Positions 1 through 11,609 of a DNA stretch of 64,000 nt are shown in pieces. The notes below the pieces were generated by a model. The model worked only from the letters and a program-made list of their open reading frames with translations, was not told where the DNA came from and did not search any database. The DNA lies in contig OX597817.1 of NCBI GenBank assembly GCA_951406725.2, positions 40,300,001 through 40,364,000 on the forward strand, read 5' to 3'. Both the position numbers and the translations under genes were made by a program. This stretch comes from Octopus vulgaris. Lineage: Eukaryota. Position 1 is the first letter of the stretch. The number at the start of each line of letters is the position of its first letter.

Positions 1-208
1 AAAGATCAAACTTACTTCCCCAAAACATTCTACATTTAATTAATCTTAATTAATTAAACTGTCAGACTTGTCTCCCCTGCTTTTTTTAAAGGTGTAGTTT
101 TAATTGATTTAAAATTTATCAACTTACTGCATCAGGTTCATTTATTTGTTTTACCCTCATTTTTTTCCGTTCTAATATAGATTAGAAGGCATTCTAATAT
201 AGATTAAC

Positions 209-422
209 AGGCGGCGAGCTGGCAGAAACGTTAGCACACCGGACGAAATGCTTAGTATTTCGTCTGTCCTTATGTTCTGAGTTCAAATTCTGCCAAGGTC
301 GACTTTGCCTTTCATCCTTTCAGGGTCGATAAATTAAGTACCAGTTGCATACTGGACTCAATCTAATTGACTGATCCCCCCCACCACAAAATTTCGGACC
401 TTGTGCCTAGAGTAGAAAAGAA
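209..422 (+). mobile_element. tRNA-derived SINE family B (Meta-domain-like core); further copies at about 16120-16310(+), 24385-24598(-), 28200-28618(-, two copies), 29075-29311(-), 30870-31035(+), 34001-34232(+), 36333-36565(-), 37820-38052(+), 38862-39545(+, three copies), 49827-49952(+)
   Basis: Recurrent sequence ggcgagctggcagaaacgttagca...ctgagttcaaattc...gcctttcatcctttcggggtcgataaattaagtacca with Pol III A/B-box-like head. The Meta-domain resemblance is from memory. Confidence 0.85.
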
Positions 423-1058
423 TAGAGATTAGACAAATACATTATTAAGGTATAATTTTACAGCTGGATGTCCTTCCTGTCACTAACACTTACTTGATTT
501 TAAGTAACAGCTCTCTAAAGTCACACAACTAAGAAATCATTAAGTGAGCAGACAAGATATTGATAGAAGAGACAACAATAACACCTACCTCATAGTGACT
601 GTTGCAGAGCACGAATGCAGACAAAGACACATGAGCATGTGCATGCACACATGCATGCATGCAGACACACATGCACACACACACACATACACACACTCAT
701 AACATTAAGGAATAGGGATGTAAAATTTGGGCAGGTATCATATGAGCAATTTGATACAATCCAGATCTGGCTAATCACATAAGCTGCACAGGATTGCCAA
801 CTTTTAGATTTGAATGTGTTGCAATTGACTTAATATAAATCAACTAAATGCACGTATTTGCATATCAAAGGGCACTAGGACAGTTATCCATCAAAAACAC
901 GTGTCAAAATGGAAATTTTTAAAAATACATTAATAAATAAATTTATTCTGGGTTCATTCCCACTATGTGGCACCTTGACCAACCAAAACCTTGTGAGTGG
1001 ATTTGGTAGATGGAAACTGAAAGAAGCTAGTCATATATATACATACATACACACACAC

Positions 1059-1089
<31 letters not shown>

Positions 1090-2056
1090 TGTATGTATGT
1101 ATGTACGTATGTATGTACGTATGTATGTATGTGGAGCTGAACCCACAACCTTGTGATTGGGAATCAAACTTTTTAACCACCCAATTATACCTACAAGTAC
1201 ATTATTAATTATTGGACAAGGTATTACTAATATGTCCACTCAAACATTTGAGAGTTAACTTAATATTAGCCAAAATATCCAATTGCAATGATCAGAATTT
1301 GCATAACCATCTCACATATCAATATGCGTAATTTACTTGAAATTTAAATTTATATAATGAGAAGCAGACATGGACTCATTAATAAAATATCAAATTATAT
1401 ACTGGTCTGTATCAAGGATGGCTGTGTGGTTATGAAGTTCTCTTTGCAACCAACTATGTGATTTGGGGCTCAGTCCTATTGCATGGCACCTTGAACAAAT
1501 GTCTTTTACTATAGCCCCAGACCAGCTAATGCCTTATGAGTGAATTTGGTTGATGGAAACTGCATGGAAGCCTATATCATATATATATGTATATAATAGC
1601 TATTATATCATATATATACATATGTATATAATAGCTATTATATAATATATAATAGTGATTTTTTTCTACCTTGTCTTACACACATGCACACACACATACA
1701 CACATACACACACATATTCATGTACACACACACAGAGTCTAACCTATGCCAGCGTGCAAGAAAATGATGATGGAAATGATGTGTGTGTGTGTATTTATGT
1801 TTATTCCTCCCACCACCAACAGATAACCGGTAGTGTTTTATGTCCTTGTAACTTAGTAGTACAGCAAGTGAGACAATAGGATAAGTATGAAAATTAAAGC
1901 CCTTTCAAGGTGGTGCCCCAGCATGATCATGGTCCGATGATGGAATCATGGGAAAGTAAAAGATAACCTGCCATTTGTATTTAGTCATATCTCTTAACAA
2001 AGACACCTAATTTTATCAATATTATATCATTTAGTTGTTACCAAGACATTGTGGGG

Positions 2057-2364
2057 TATTCTGTTGTGTTGGGGAGAGTAATTTTCTTTTTGTGCCTTAT
2101 AATGTAACACACTCACCGGTAAAATTTCCACTTATTTCTTATTTTTATTTTCCTACATACACACTAACCCATACGCACGTGCACAAACAAACAAAAAGGA
2201 ATGGAGTGTAAATAACGGACAGAGTCAAGACTATTGAAAAGGTTGCAAGACGCAACGAAAATTCTAGGAAAATAAAAATAAGAAATAAGTGGAAATTTTA
2301 CCGGTGAGTGTGTTACATTATAAGGCACTAAAAGAGAATGACTCTCCCCAGACACAACAGAATA
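2057..2364. repeat. Inverted repeat with about 100-bp arms (2057-2155 and 2265-2364), foldback or MITE-like
   Basis: gtgccttataatgtaacacactcaccggtaaaatttccacttatttcttatttttattttccta recurs as its reverse complement from 2265. Confidence 0.85.
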
Positions 2365-2583
2365 TGCTTCAATACACGAACTCATATAAAGAATCTTGTA
2401 AACCAAATCCCAAAACGAAATATTGTTGGGTATGTTATTTGCTAAAAGAAGAGCATCCTATCCACAGAATATACAAAGATTAATGTGGAAGATTTAACTT
2501 TTTTGTTCCTATAATTTTCCAGAAACGAGAGGAGAGGTTAAGTGGTAGTTCTGTACATGCCACTAAGTTGTGAAATAACTTAC

Positions 2584-2731
2584 TTAAAAACTTAACAGTG
2601 TAAAAGCCTTTAGTTAAGCTGTCACAACATTGATATGTTAACATTGCTAAATGAGATGTGACTGGCATTACAGAATGAATGCTACTGCTTGAATTAGATC
2701 TACTGTTGCTAGCGGGCTGGGGAAAAAACAT
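2584..2731 (-). CDS. Putative exon of an unidentified host gene (MFFPQPASNSRSNSSSSIHSVMPVTSHLAMLTYQCCDSLTKGFYTVKFL)
   Basis: Minus-strand acceptor attattctatgcag| and donor |gtaagt. 148 nt, only one open frame, non-repetitive sequence. Confidence 0.5.
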
Positions 2732-2969
2732 CTGCATAGAATAATTTAAATATTAGGAAAAGGAAAATGTAAAAAAATAGTTAAAAGAACAAAATTACAT
2801 GTAAAATCCATAATTGCCTTCTTCCTTTGAGTTTAATACATTCTTTTGCTTAATAAGTGATATTTAATCAAACGTAATATAGAATAACATCCTCAGGGGT
2901 GAAGTGTAGTCGGTGTGAATGTGTGTTACTAAAAAGAGCACTGCTTTATTTTTAAGAGTCTTCTGTTAC

Positions 2970-3028
2970 CATGGCAGTGATCGTGAGAGTGTATGCTGCA
3001 AAAATATAGCTGATGACAAAAGGAGAAC
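2970..3028 (-). CDS. Putative exon (xSPFVISYIFAAYTLTITAM) joining the 2731 exon in phase 0; it could instead be UTR ending in the start ATG
   Basis: Acceptor atttttgtag| and donor ATG|gtaaca. 59 nt, with a 238-nt intron to the next exon. Confidence 0.45.
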
Positions 3029-3443
3029 CTACAAAAATACTAGTTGCTTGTTAGTTAAAGAAAATAAATAAATATATAAATACATGAATAAATAAATGAA
3101 TGAATAAATATCGGTAACATTAACTTAAAGAACTCATGACCCTTATAGAGTTATCATTATAGAGATGTCTTTGTCAAAAGTTATGCTTTTAAAAGGATTA
3201 CATTGCTTTGCTTTTTCATTGCAGATCCACCATCTTTTTCTATTTCTATTTTTTAAAGCTGTTTTTTTCCTGATAAGAGTTTACAAACTTCTCACATTTA
3301 ATTAATACAAATTTGCATTGTCAGTACAAGTAAACAACATTTTGAGTGTTTCGAATTATTTTCTTCATGACTTCTCCAAATAAGTAGTTATATAGATTTT
3401 CAAGTATGTACATGTATATATGTACATGTGTGTGTGTCAGTGT

Positions 3444-3476
<33 letters not shown>

Positions 3477-3566
3477 TAAATTCCCACCCTTGCTAGCAGT
3501 CCCACCCATACTAACATGGGAGGCAGACGTTAAACGATGATGATGATGATGTATGTATACAGGATT

Positions 3567-3968
3567 GGCTGCGTGGTAAGTAGCTTGCTTACCAACCACA
3601 TGATTCCAGGTTCAGTCCCACTGCATGTCACCTTGGGCAAGTGTCTTCTGCTATAGCCTCAGGCCGACCAAAGCCTTGTGAGTAGATTTGGTAGACGGAA
3701 ACTGAAAGAAGCCCGTAGTATATATGTATGTATGTGTGTGTATATGTTTGTGTGTCTGTGTTTGCCCCCCCCCCCAACATCGCTTGACAACTGATGGTGG
3801 TGTGTTTACGTCCCCGTAACTTAGTGGTTTGGCAAAAGAGACTGATAGAATAAGTACTAGGCTTCCAAAGAATAAGTCCTGGAGTCAATTTGATCGACTA
3901 AAGACGGTGCTCCAGCATGGCCGCAGTCAAATGACTGAAACAAGTAAAAGAGTAAAAGAGTAAAGAGT
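3567..3968 (+). mobile_element. tRNA-derived SINE family A with internal (TA/TG)n microsatellite; other copies at about 945-1195, 1420-1965, 6116-6520(-), 6918-7560, 12854-13265, 14348-15420 (interrupted), 18064-18440, 19827-21295 (interrupted), 27100-27470(-), 33077-33595, 34772-35215, 45400-45620, 46715-47235(-), 48623-49105, 49670-49813(-), 54310-54582(-), 58861-59226, 61468-61735(-)
   Basis: About 20 similar copies of tggctgtgtggtaag...ggttcagtcccactgcgtggcaccttgggcaagtgtc...cagcatggccgcagtcaaatgactgaaacaagtaaaagag. These produce the recurring [18 protein letters not shown]-type pseudo-ORFs. Confidence 0.9.
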
Positions 3969-3984
3969 AATATCCATGCACGAA

Positions 3985-4272
3985 GGCACATGACTCAATG
4001 GTTAGAGTGTCGGGCTCGCAATCATGAGATAGTGAGTTCACTTCCCAAACTGAGTTGTGTGTTCTTGAGCAAGACACTTTATTTCATGTTGCTCCACTTC
4101 ACTCAGCTGTACGAATGAGTTGTGATTTGTGATGTCACTGGTGCCAAGCTGTATCAGCATTTGCCTTTCTCTTTGATATGGAGAAGGGAGGCTAGTATGC
4201 ATGGGTAATAGTTGGTCTTCCATAAACAATGTTGCTCAGATTTGTGCCTTGGAGGGGAACTTTGCAGGTGCA
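3985..4272 (+). mobile_element. tRNA-derived SINE family C; related copies at about 5770-6090 and 23036-23330
   Basis: tRNA-like head (gcacatgactcaatggttagagtgtcgggctc...gagttc) followed by ttgagcaagacactttatttca...cactcagctg, shared with 5770-5900. Confidence 0.65.
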
Positions 4273-4276
4273 ATTC

Positions 4277-5030
4277 TGGACATTGTCTGTGAGAAAAACA
4301 CCAGCACGATGCAATTCTCTCTGTCAGAAATTTGGAAACGACATGCTGTACTGCTTGACATTTGTGCTGGAAGCTCCAATACAAACAGATGGTGAACACA
4401 CAGAACAACCATTGGTTTGCTGTGTCTGCAAAACAGGTACCAAGAGTAATAAAAATTAAAATTCCAGTCAACATCACAGTATTTGGAGTGTTCACTAGTA
4501 ATGGTGACATTATGCCTTCATTCCTCTTCCCACACAGCCTACATCAAGAGCCTGGAGGAGGTAGTGCTGCCCTGGGTCAAGAGGGTGGTTGCCAGAAGAC
4601 CCTATGTCTGGCAACAGGACTCTGCACCATGCCACACGAGCAGGAAATCCCAGTCGTGGCTGTCAGACAACTTCTGCGACCACATCACCTCTAACATCTG
4701 GCCACCTAACTCCCCAGACTACAACCCTTTGATTATTATATGTGGGGTACAGTTGAGCGAGAGACCAACAAAACTCCTCGTAACACCAAAGATGGACTGA
4801 AGGCAAGGATTATGGCAGCATTCACCAACTTAAACAAGGAGACCGTCCAGAAGTGCTGTAGTAGATTCCAAAGTTGTCTGGAGACCATGGTTGAGGCCAA
4901 TGGCGATTTTATTGGATAAATTTGCTCTTTAATATTTCAAGATATTTTAATGTAATTTTGGTAAGTATATCTGTTAAAATGAGATCTCAGTGTTATTTTC
5001 GTTCTTTGCGTAATTTAGACGACAGTCTAT
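4277..5030 (+). mobile_element. Internally deleted, frameshifted Tc1/mariner-superfamily maT (DD37D) transposon
   Basis: VFGVFTSNGDIMP and YVWQQDSAPCH...IWPPNSPDYNPL(D) motifs. 37 residues separate the second and third catalytic Asp once a 1-nt frameshift is corrected. Confidence 0.85.
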
Positions 5031-5237
5031 TCACTACACCCCATATATATATATATATAAACACATATACATGCATACATATACATACAAACAAGCATTG
5101 TGTTACATATATGTATATGACTGTACGTGTATGTCTACCTATCAGCCTATCTATCTATCTATCTATTCATCTATCTAGCCATCTAGTTATCTTTCTCTGT
5201 CTCTGTCTATCTGTCTGTCTCTCTGTTTCTCTGTCTG

Positions 5238-5270
<33 letters not shown>

Positions 5271-7087
5271 GAATACAGATTTGTATATACGAACATACAA
5301 ACATATACACACACAAATATAAACATATATCTTGATGAACAGCATAAGCTATACATATACCGGCTTGGAGTTAATAGGTCTGCCATATTGGTGTTTTCTC
5401 TCGTGATTCTCTTGAGAGTTTCCATTCTTTCAGATCACAGAACCAACCTTATATTCTTGGCTCAGTTCTATGCAACCTATTATCAAGAACCACATTACAC
5501 ATTGGATCAGCATGTATTATTCTTCATTTGTCACTTGTCCAAACAACCAGTTACCTCAATATCACCTGATGCTTTTCATACTCAGTTGTTTTCCCTCAGC
5601 AATTCTTTACCATTTATATACAGTGTTACATTTTCTAACTTATATGAACTAATGAGCGAGCATTTACGTAATCACTCAAACTGCTAGAAAAAGCTGCCAA
5701 AATTTCCCTCAAATCATTTATCTTATGTCTTATGTCTTATTATGTAATGATTTATTATGTAATACAGTGAAGGCATGTGGCATAGTGGTTAGGGTATTTG
5801 GCTCATGATTGTAAGGTCATGAGTTCAATTCCAAGTGATGTGTTGTATCCTTAAGCAAGACATTTTATTTCACATTGCTCCAGTTCACTCAGCTGGCAAT
5901 AATGAGTAGTACTTGTATGTCAAAGGTACAGCTTTGTCACACATCTTTGTCACACTGAATCTCCCTGAGAACTACATTAAGGGTATGGATGTTTGTGGAG
6001 TGTTCGACCACTTATACATTAATTTTACAAACAGGCTGTTCCAGTGATTGGATCAACTGGAACCCTTGTCGTCGTAACCAACGGGGTGCTGGAATTATAT
6101 AATATATATTATGTACTCTTTACTCTTTTACCTGTTTCAGTCATTTGACTGCGGCCATGCTGGAGCACTGCTTTTAGTCAAGCAAATCGACCCCAGGACA
6201 TATTCTTTGTAAGCCTAGTACTTATTCTATTGGTCTCTTTTGCCAAACCGCTAAGTTACGGGGACGCAAATACACCAGCATTGGTTGTCAAGTGATGTTG
6301 GGAGGGGGAACAAACACAGACACACAAACACACACATATATATATATACATATACATATATATGACGGGCTTCTTTCAGTTTCCGTCTACCAAATCCACT
6401 CACAAGCCTTTGGTCAGCCCGAGGCTTTAGTAGAAGACACTTGCTCAAGGTGCCATGCAGTGGAACTGAACCTGGAAGCATGTGGTTGATAAGCAACCTA
6501 CTTACCACACAGCCACTCCTGTGTTAATTTTATATAATAAAATACAGTACTCTGAATCTGATATAACCAGAGAAACTAAAGAGGGGAAGGCTGCCCAGAA
6601 AGCAAGAGCCTCACTGGGTCCTAATTCTACCATTCCATATTCTCATTGCTTAGTGGGTACACATGTGAGGCTGCATGTGAATGATATAACAATACCAAGC
6701 AAGCATTTAACTTAATAGTAACTTTTATTTCACTGCACAAATAATATTGAGGTTGGTCATGAATTATAAAGTTCCATGACAGGTCAACACAACTGATCGA
6801 ATGATTCAGTCACATTCATACATCATTGATTACAGAAACTCTGTATTAAGGTTTATCAAGACAGGAGATAAAATACACAGTATATTCATTTTGGCTGACT
6901 AAATTGAAAATAGGTGTAGGAGTGGCTGTGTGTTAAGTAGCTTGCTTACGTACCACATGGTTCCAGGTTCAGTCCCACTGCGTGGCACCTTGGGCAAGTG
7001 TCTTCTTCTATAGCCTCGGGCCGACCAAAGCCCTGTGAGTGGATTTAGTAGACAAAAACTGAAAGAAGCCCATCATATATATGTATA

Positions 7088-7151
<64 letters not shown>

Positions 7152-7289
7152 GTACACACATCAAATGAAATAAAAAACATAACACAAAGGATGTGTTCTG
7201 TTTTTTATTTCATTTGATGCATTTACCCTCTCACCTCTGCTACTAGCTGGCATATACAGGTGCTTACACTTATCAAGTATTCACCCTGA

Positions 7290-7341
<52 letters not shown>

Positions 7342-8486
7342 ATATGTTTGTGTGTCTGTGTTTGTCCCCCGAACATTGCTTGACAAGCAATGCTGGTGTG
7401 TTTACATCCCTGTAACTTAGCACTTCGGCAAAAGAGACCAATAGAATAAGTACTAAGCTTCCAAAGAATAAGTCCTGGGGTCGATTTGCCCGACTAAAGG
7501 TGGTGCTCCAGCATGGCCGCAGTCAAATGACTGAAACAAGTAAAAGAGTAAAAGAGAGAGTATCTAAGCTGAGCAGACAGACACGAAAACAACTATTATA
7601 AAAGCAAGAGAATGTGTGTGGTAGGTCTGCAGGTAACCATACACTCTGAACATTGGTGCTAAAAACAAGCTTTTATATAACCCTTGTAGGGAAATGTCCC
7701 AGAAGGATCTAGATTGATCTATCAAGTAAAGTCTGGCTACTGATTCGCCAATAACTCAGCCTTTCAGTTGTGCTATGCCATGACCTAAACTTCATAATTT
7801 TCTGACTTGATTTTGAATCTTACTACATTCCCATTGTAGCCATCAATTTCATGCCAAAATTGACCTAATAAGCCATCTCAGGACCCAGAAAGTGTAAAGT
7901 TGACAACCTGGTCATCTTCTAATACATGATGGAAAAACCTAATAATGCTAATATAATGTAGCCCTATATACCTCGAAAAAGGGGAGATAGTCGTTGTTGG
8001 AATGTCTTCTTTCCTAAGTCTGCTTCATTGTGTATGGCCTGCGACTAAATAATTCTTCGTATATTACTATGGTTAAGACAAAATTCCTTTTGGCTATTTT
8101 CCCTCAGGAATTCTTTGCCATTTATACAGTGTTACATTTTCCAATTATATGAACTAACAAGTGAGCCCTTACATGGTCACTTGAACTGCTAGAAATAGCA
8201 ACCAAAATCTCCCTTAATACATATATTGTTGTCTTATATAAGGATAGGATGCATTATATAATATTGCCCTATATACAGCACAGGATTAATCAGTGAGCAA
8301 AATAAGCACATGCTAAGGGCATCAATGGAAGGGGACACCACAGAAATGATAAATGTTTTGTGAGGCAAAAGAAATCGCTTTAAACTTGTTAATATTCAAA
8401 ATAGTTCATATGATTGGAAACATAATTTTGAAGTGTTCATTGTACCATTTCATTTCATTTCATTTCATTTGAGTTTGAGTCCATGC

Positions 8487-11400
8487 TCAGGCCAAGTCGA
8501 AGACTCCACCCTCAGAGTCTGGTGTGGTTGCCAGGTTGTATTCTCTGTTTAATTTTGACATGTGTAGGAGCGAGTTTGAGTCAGTTTGTGCTCGTTGTGT
8601 ATATCCTGGGAGATGGGGTTCATCTCTAATGGTGCTTAAGTATCTATCCAGCTGCAATTTGAATGATTCCATACTGCATCCTGATAGATTTCTGACATAT
8701 ACCGGAATGGAGTTGAATAGTTGTGCTCCTCGAACCAACAGACTTGACTCTCGCAGGGTTTTTGCTGCCTGGCCAGCCTTTTTGTTGATTGGTGGTAGCT
8801 GGCAGCATCTTCCATGGTGCAGTGAGTGGTAGGTTTTGATACCAAAGTTTGGCACCTTTTGCTCTATCATTTTCCAAATGTATATAATTCGGTATCGCTC
8901 AAATCTTCTTTCTATTGAGTACATCTTCAAGGTTTTGAGTCTTTGCCAATAGTCCAGGTCCCTCGTTTCTGAGAAGTACGAGGTCAAATTTCTTTGTAGC
9001 GATTCCATCTTAGATAGTTGGCCCTTTGTTGTTGGTGACCACAACTGAGAACAGTAGTCAATCCTCGGAAGTATCATACTGTTCTAGAGGGTTTTCATTG
9101 TTGAGGTATCTCTTGATTTGAAGGTGCGCAAGATCCACCCGCTGTACTTTCTTGCAGTAAGACAGACTGAGTCAAGGTGTTCTCTGAATTTTAGGCTGGT
9201 TCCCATGTGGATGCCTAAATCTTTCACATACTGTTTTTCCATTATTTGTTGTCCTGATGGGTTTCTGTAGTTTGTTGTATTTTTCAGATCTTGATCTGTT
9301 CCGTAGCGAATTAGTTCAAACTTCTTATCATTGAACAACATGTTGTTTGTTTCCTGCCATTTATATATGGTGGTCAGGTCCTTTTGTAAGGCCTCTGTAT
9401 CCACCTCGTCTTTGATTTGTCTCATGACCCTGGTGTCATCAGCAAAGGATGAGACGTTGATGGTTGTATCTTCATCTATGTCAGAGATGAGGATGAGAAA
9501 CAGGATTGGGCCGAGTACTGTACCCTGAGGAACACTGCTGGTCACAGGTGATGGTGTTGAATGGGTTCCATTCACAGTGACTGTTTGAGTTCTATTTGTA
9601 AGGAACTCATGTATCCATGTACCAACTTTTCCTCCTACTCCTAGTTTTCGAAGTTTGTGACCCAGGATGCCATGATCTACCTTGTCAAATGCCTTGGCAA
9701 AGTCGAGGTAAATAACATCTGTGTTGTATCCATTCTCTAGATTTTCTAGGATTTGGTCATGGTGTGCCAGTAGTTGGGAAAGACATGATCTACCTAACCT
9801 GAATCCATGCTGGTTGCAATTCATCAGATTGTTAGATTCCAGGAACTCAACCAGTTTTCCACGAACTATTCTTTCGAAGACCTTGATAATGTGTGATGTC
9901 AGTGAGATTGGTCGGTAGTTCTTTGGTTTTGATTTGCTGTCCACTTTATGTATTGGAGTTATGTGTGCTTCTTTATATGTATTTGGTATTTTGCCATTCT
10001 CCATAGATTCCCTCCATATCATGTAAAGGGGTTTCAACAATTGTACCTTGCAGTTTTTAAGTATCATGGCATTGAAACCGTCAGGCCCCGCAGCCGAGTG
10101 CATGGAGAGCTTGTCTATGGCTCTTTCTATGTCTTCTGGGTTGAAATCAATGTTGGATAGGGTAGGTTTAGTATGGTCGATATCCTTGAAGAATTTTCCT
10201 GCGTCATGGATCTTCATGGTTTTAGATGGCTCACTGAAGACACTTTCATACTGTTGACCCAACATTTCTGCCATTTCAATAGGGTTATTCACTACATCCC
10301 CATTTTGTCTCTGGAGAGGTCCTATTGTTGACTTGGTATTCGAGTATTTCTTTGCAAAACTGTAGAAACATTTTGGATTTTTCTTGATGTTTTCTATGGC
10401 TCTCTTTTCTGCATTGTTACGTTCTTCATCATAGTGTTGTTTTAGATTGTCTTCTAATCTGTATATTTGGTCAGGGACTTTCTGTAATTCATGTTTTGAT
10501 GTCAGCTTAGATGTTTTGTTTCTTAGTCTTGACCTTTTGCGCATCAGGATCTTTCGCTCCCGTGGTACAGGTTTTTTTGTGGATTTGGTTTTCTTACGAG
10601 GAATATTTTTTGCACATATTTCTTCGATCTTGTTTAAGAATTTCTTGTATTTATCTGGCCCAGTAAGGTAGAGATCCCAGTCAATGATTTGTAACTGGTT
10701 GTTAATAGTTTCCCAATTTGCCTGGTGGTAATCATACCTGCATAGCTTTGGCATGTCCTTTTGTTTAAGAGTTGTGGCATTGGGCTCATTACCAATGTGT
10801 AAATGCATTTCAATAATATTGTGGTCTGAAAGGATTGTTGGGGTTGAGTGAAGGTCAAATAGCATGTCCTCGTTGTTGGTGAAAACCAAGTCGATCGTAT
10901 TATTATTTCTTGTTGCTTCTGTCATCATTTGTTTGAGGTATAATTTCTCTGTGACTTCCAACAGTTTGGCTGCCTGTATTTGTTCAGCTTTTGTCCCCAG
11001 TTTTAGTATGTGTCCATGTGGCCAGATGATGTTAGGGAAGTTGAAGTCACCAAGGAGGATAATGTCTGGCATTGGACTCGCCATGTTTCCCAGAATTAGT
11101 TGGAGCTTTGTCAGTGGCTCAGTGAAGGATAATGTTGGGCTGTTTGGCGGTCTGTACATTATTGTTACAACTGTATTAAGTTGGATGATTTTTATGCACA
11201 GCAGGTTGCAGTAGGCATTTGATTCATTGACAAGTTCTATGCATGCATAGGTATCATGGATATACATGATAACGCCCCCATGGGATCTGCCTTGTCTATC
11301 ACATCTGAAGATGTTGAATCTATTGATTGTGATTTCGCTGTTGCGGATGTTTTCGTTGAGATGACTTTCAGTAATTCCAAATATTTTGGAGTTGTTTTCT

Positions 11401-11609
11401 GTTGCTAATTCTTCCAAGAAAGGGACTTTACACTGTTTTGTTTTCGGATAAAGACCCTGGATATTTGCTGTTATTATGCTTGTTGTACCGGATATATCTG
11501 CCCTATTGTTGGCAAGACTGTTGTAGTTGCTGGGACTGTGCTGACTGGATATTCGGTCTGCTGGGCTGTCTGTATTTGTTGTATGTGCCCTGTAAGTCCA
11601 GGTGTCAGC
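8487..11609 (-). pseudogene. LINE ORF2: apurinic endonuclease, reverse transcriptase and C-terminal domain, interrupted by one in-frame TAG at 9084-9086
   Basis: APE motifs TANIQGL, ITESHL, YRPP, GDFN, DLVF, SDHN. RT motifs NYRPISL, QHGFR, YLDFAKAFDKVDH, VPQGTVLGP, FADD. The 8487-9077 ORF is in the same frame (TL*NSMILPRIDYCSQLWSP, YSIERRFERY). Confidence 0.93.

Noticed and set aside
3202-3269. Extra minus-strand exon (KKTALKNRNRKRWWICNEKAKQ)
   Set aside because: Phase-compatible with the 3028 exon, but the donor (gtaatc) is weak and the composition is A-rich. Insufficient support.
5361-5560. Minus-strand exon METLKRITRENT
   Set aside because: No good acceptor. Another frame resembles a decayed RTE C-terminus.
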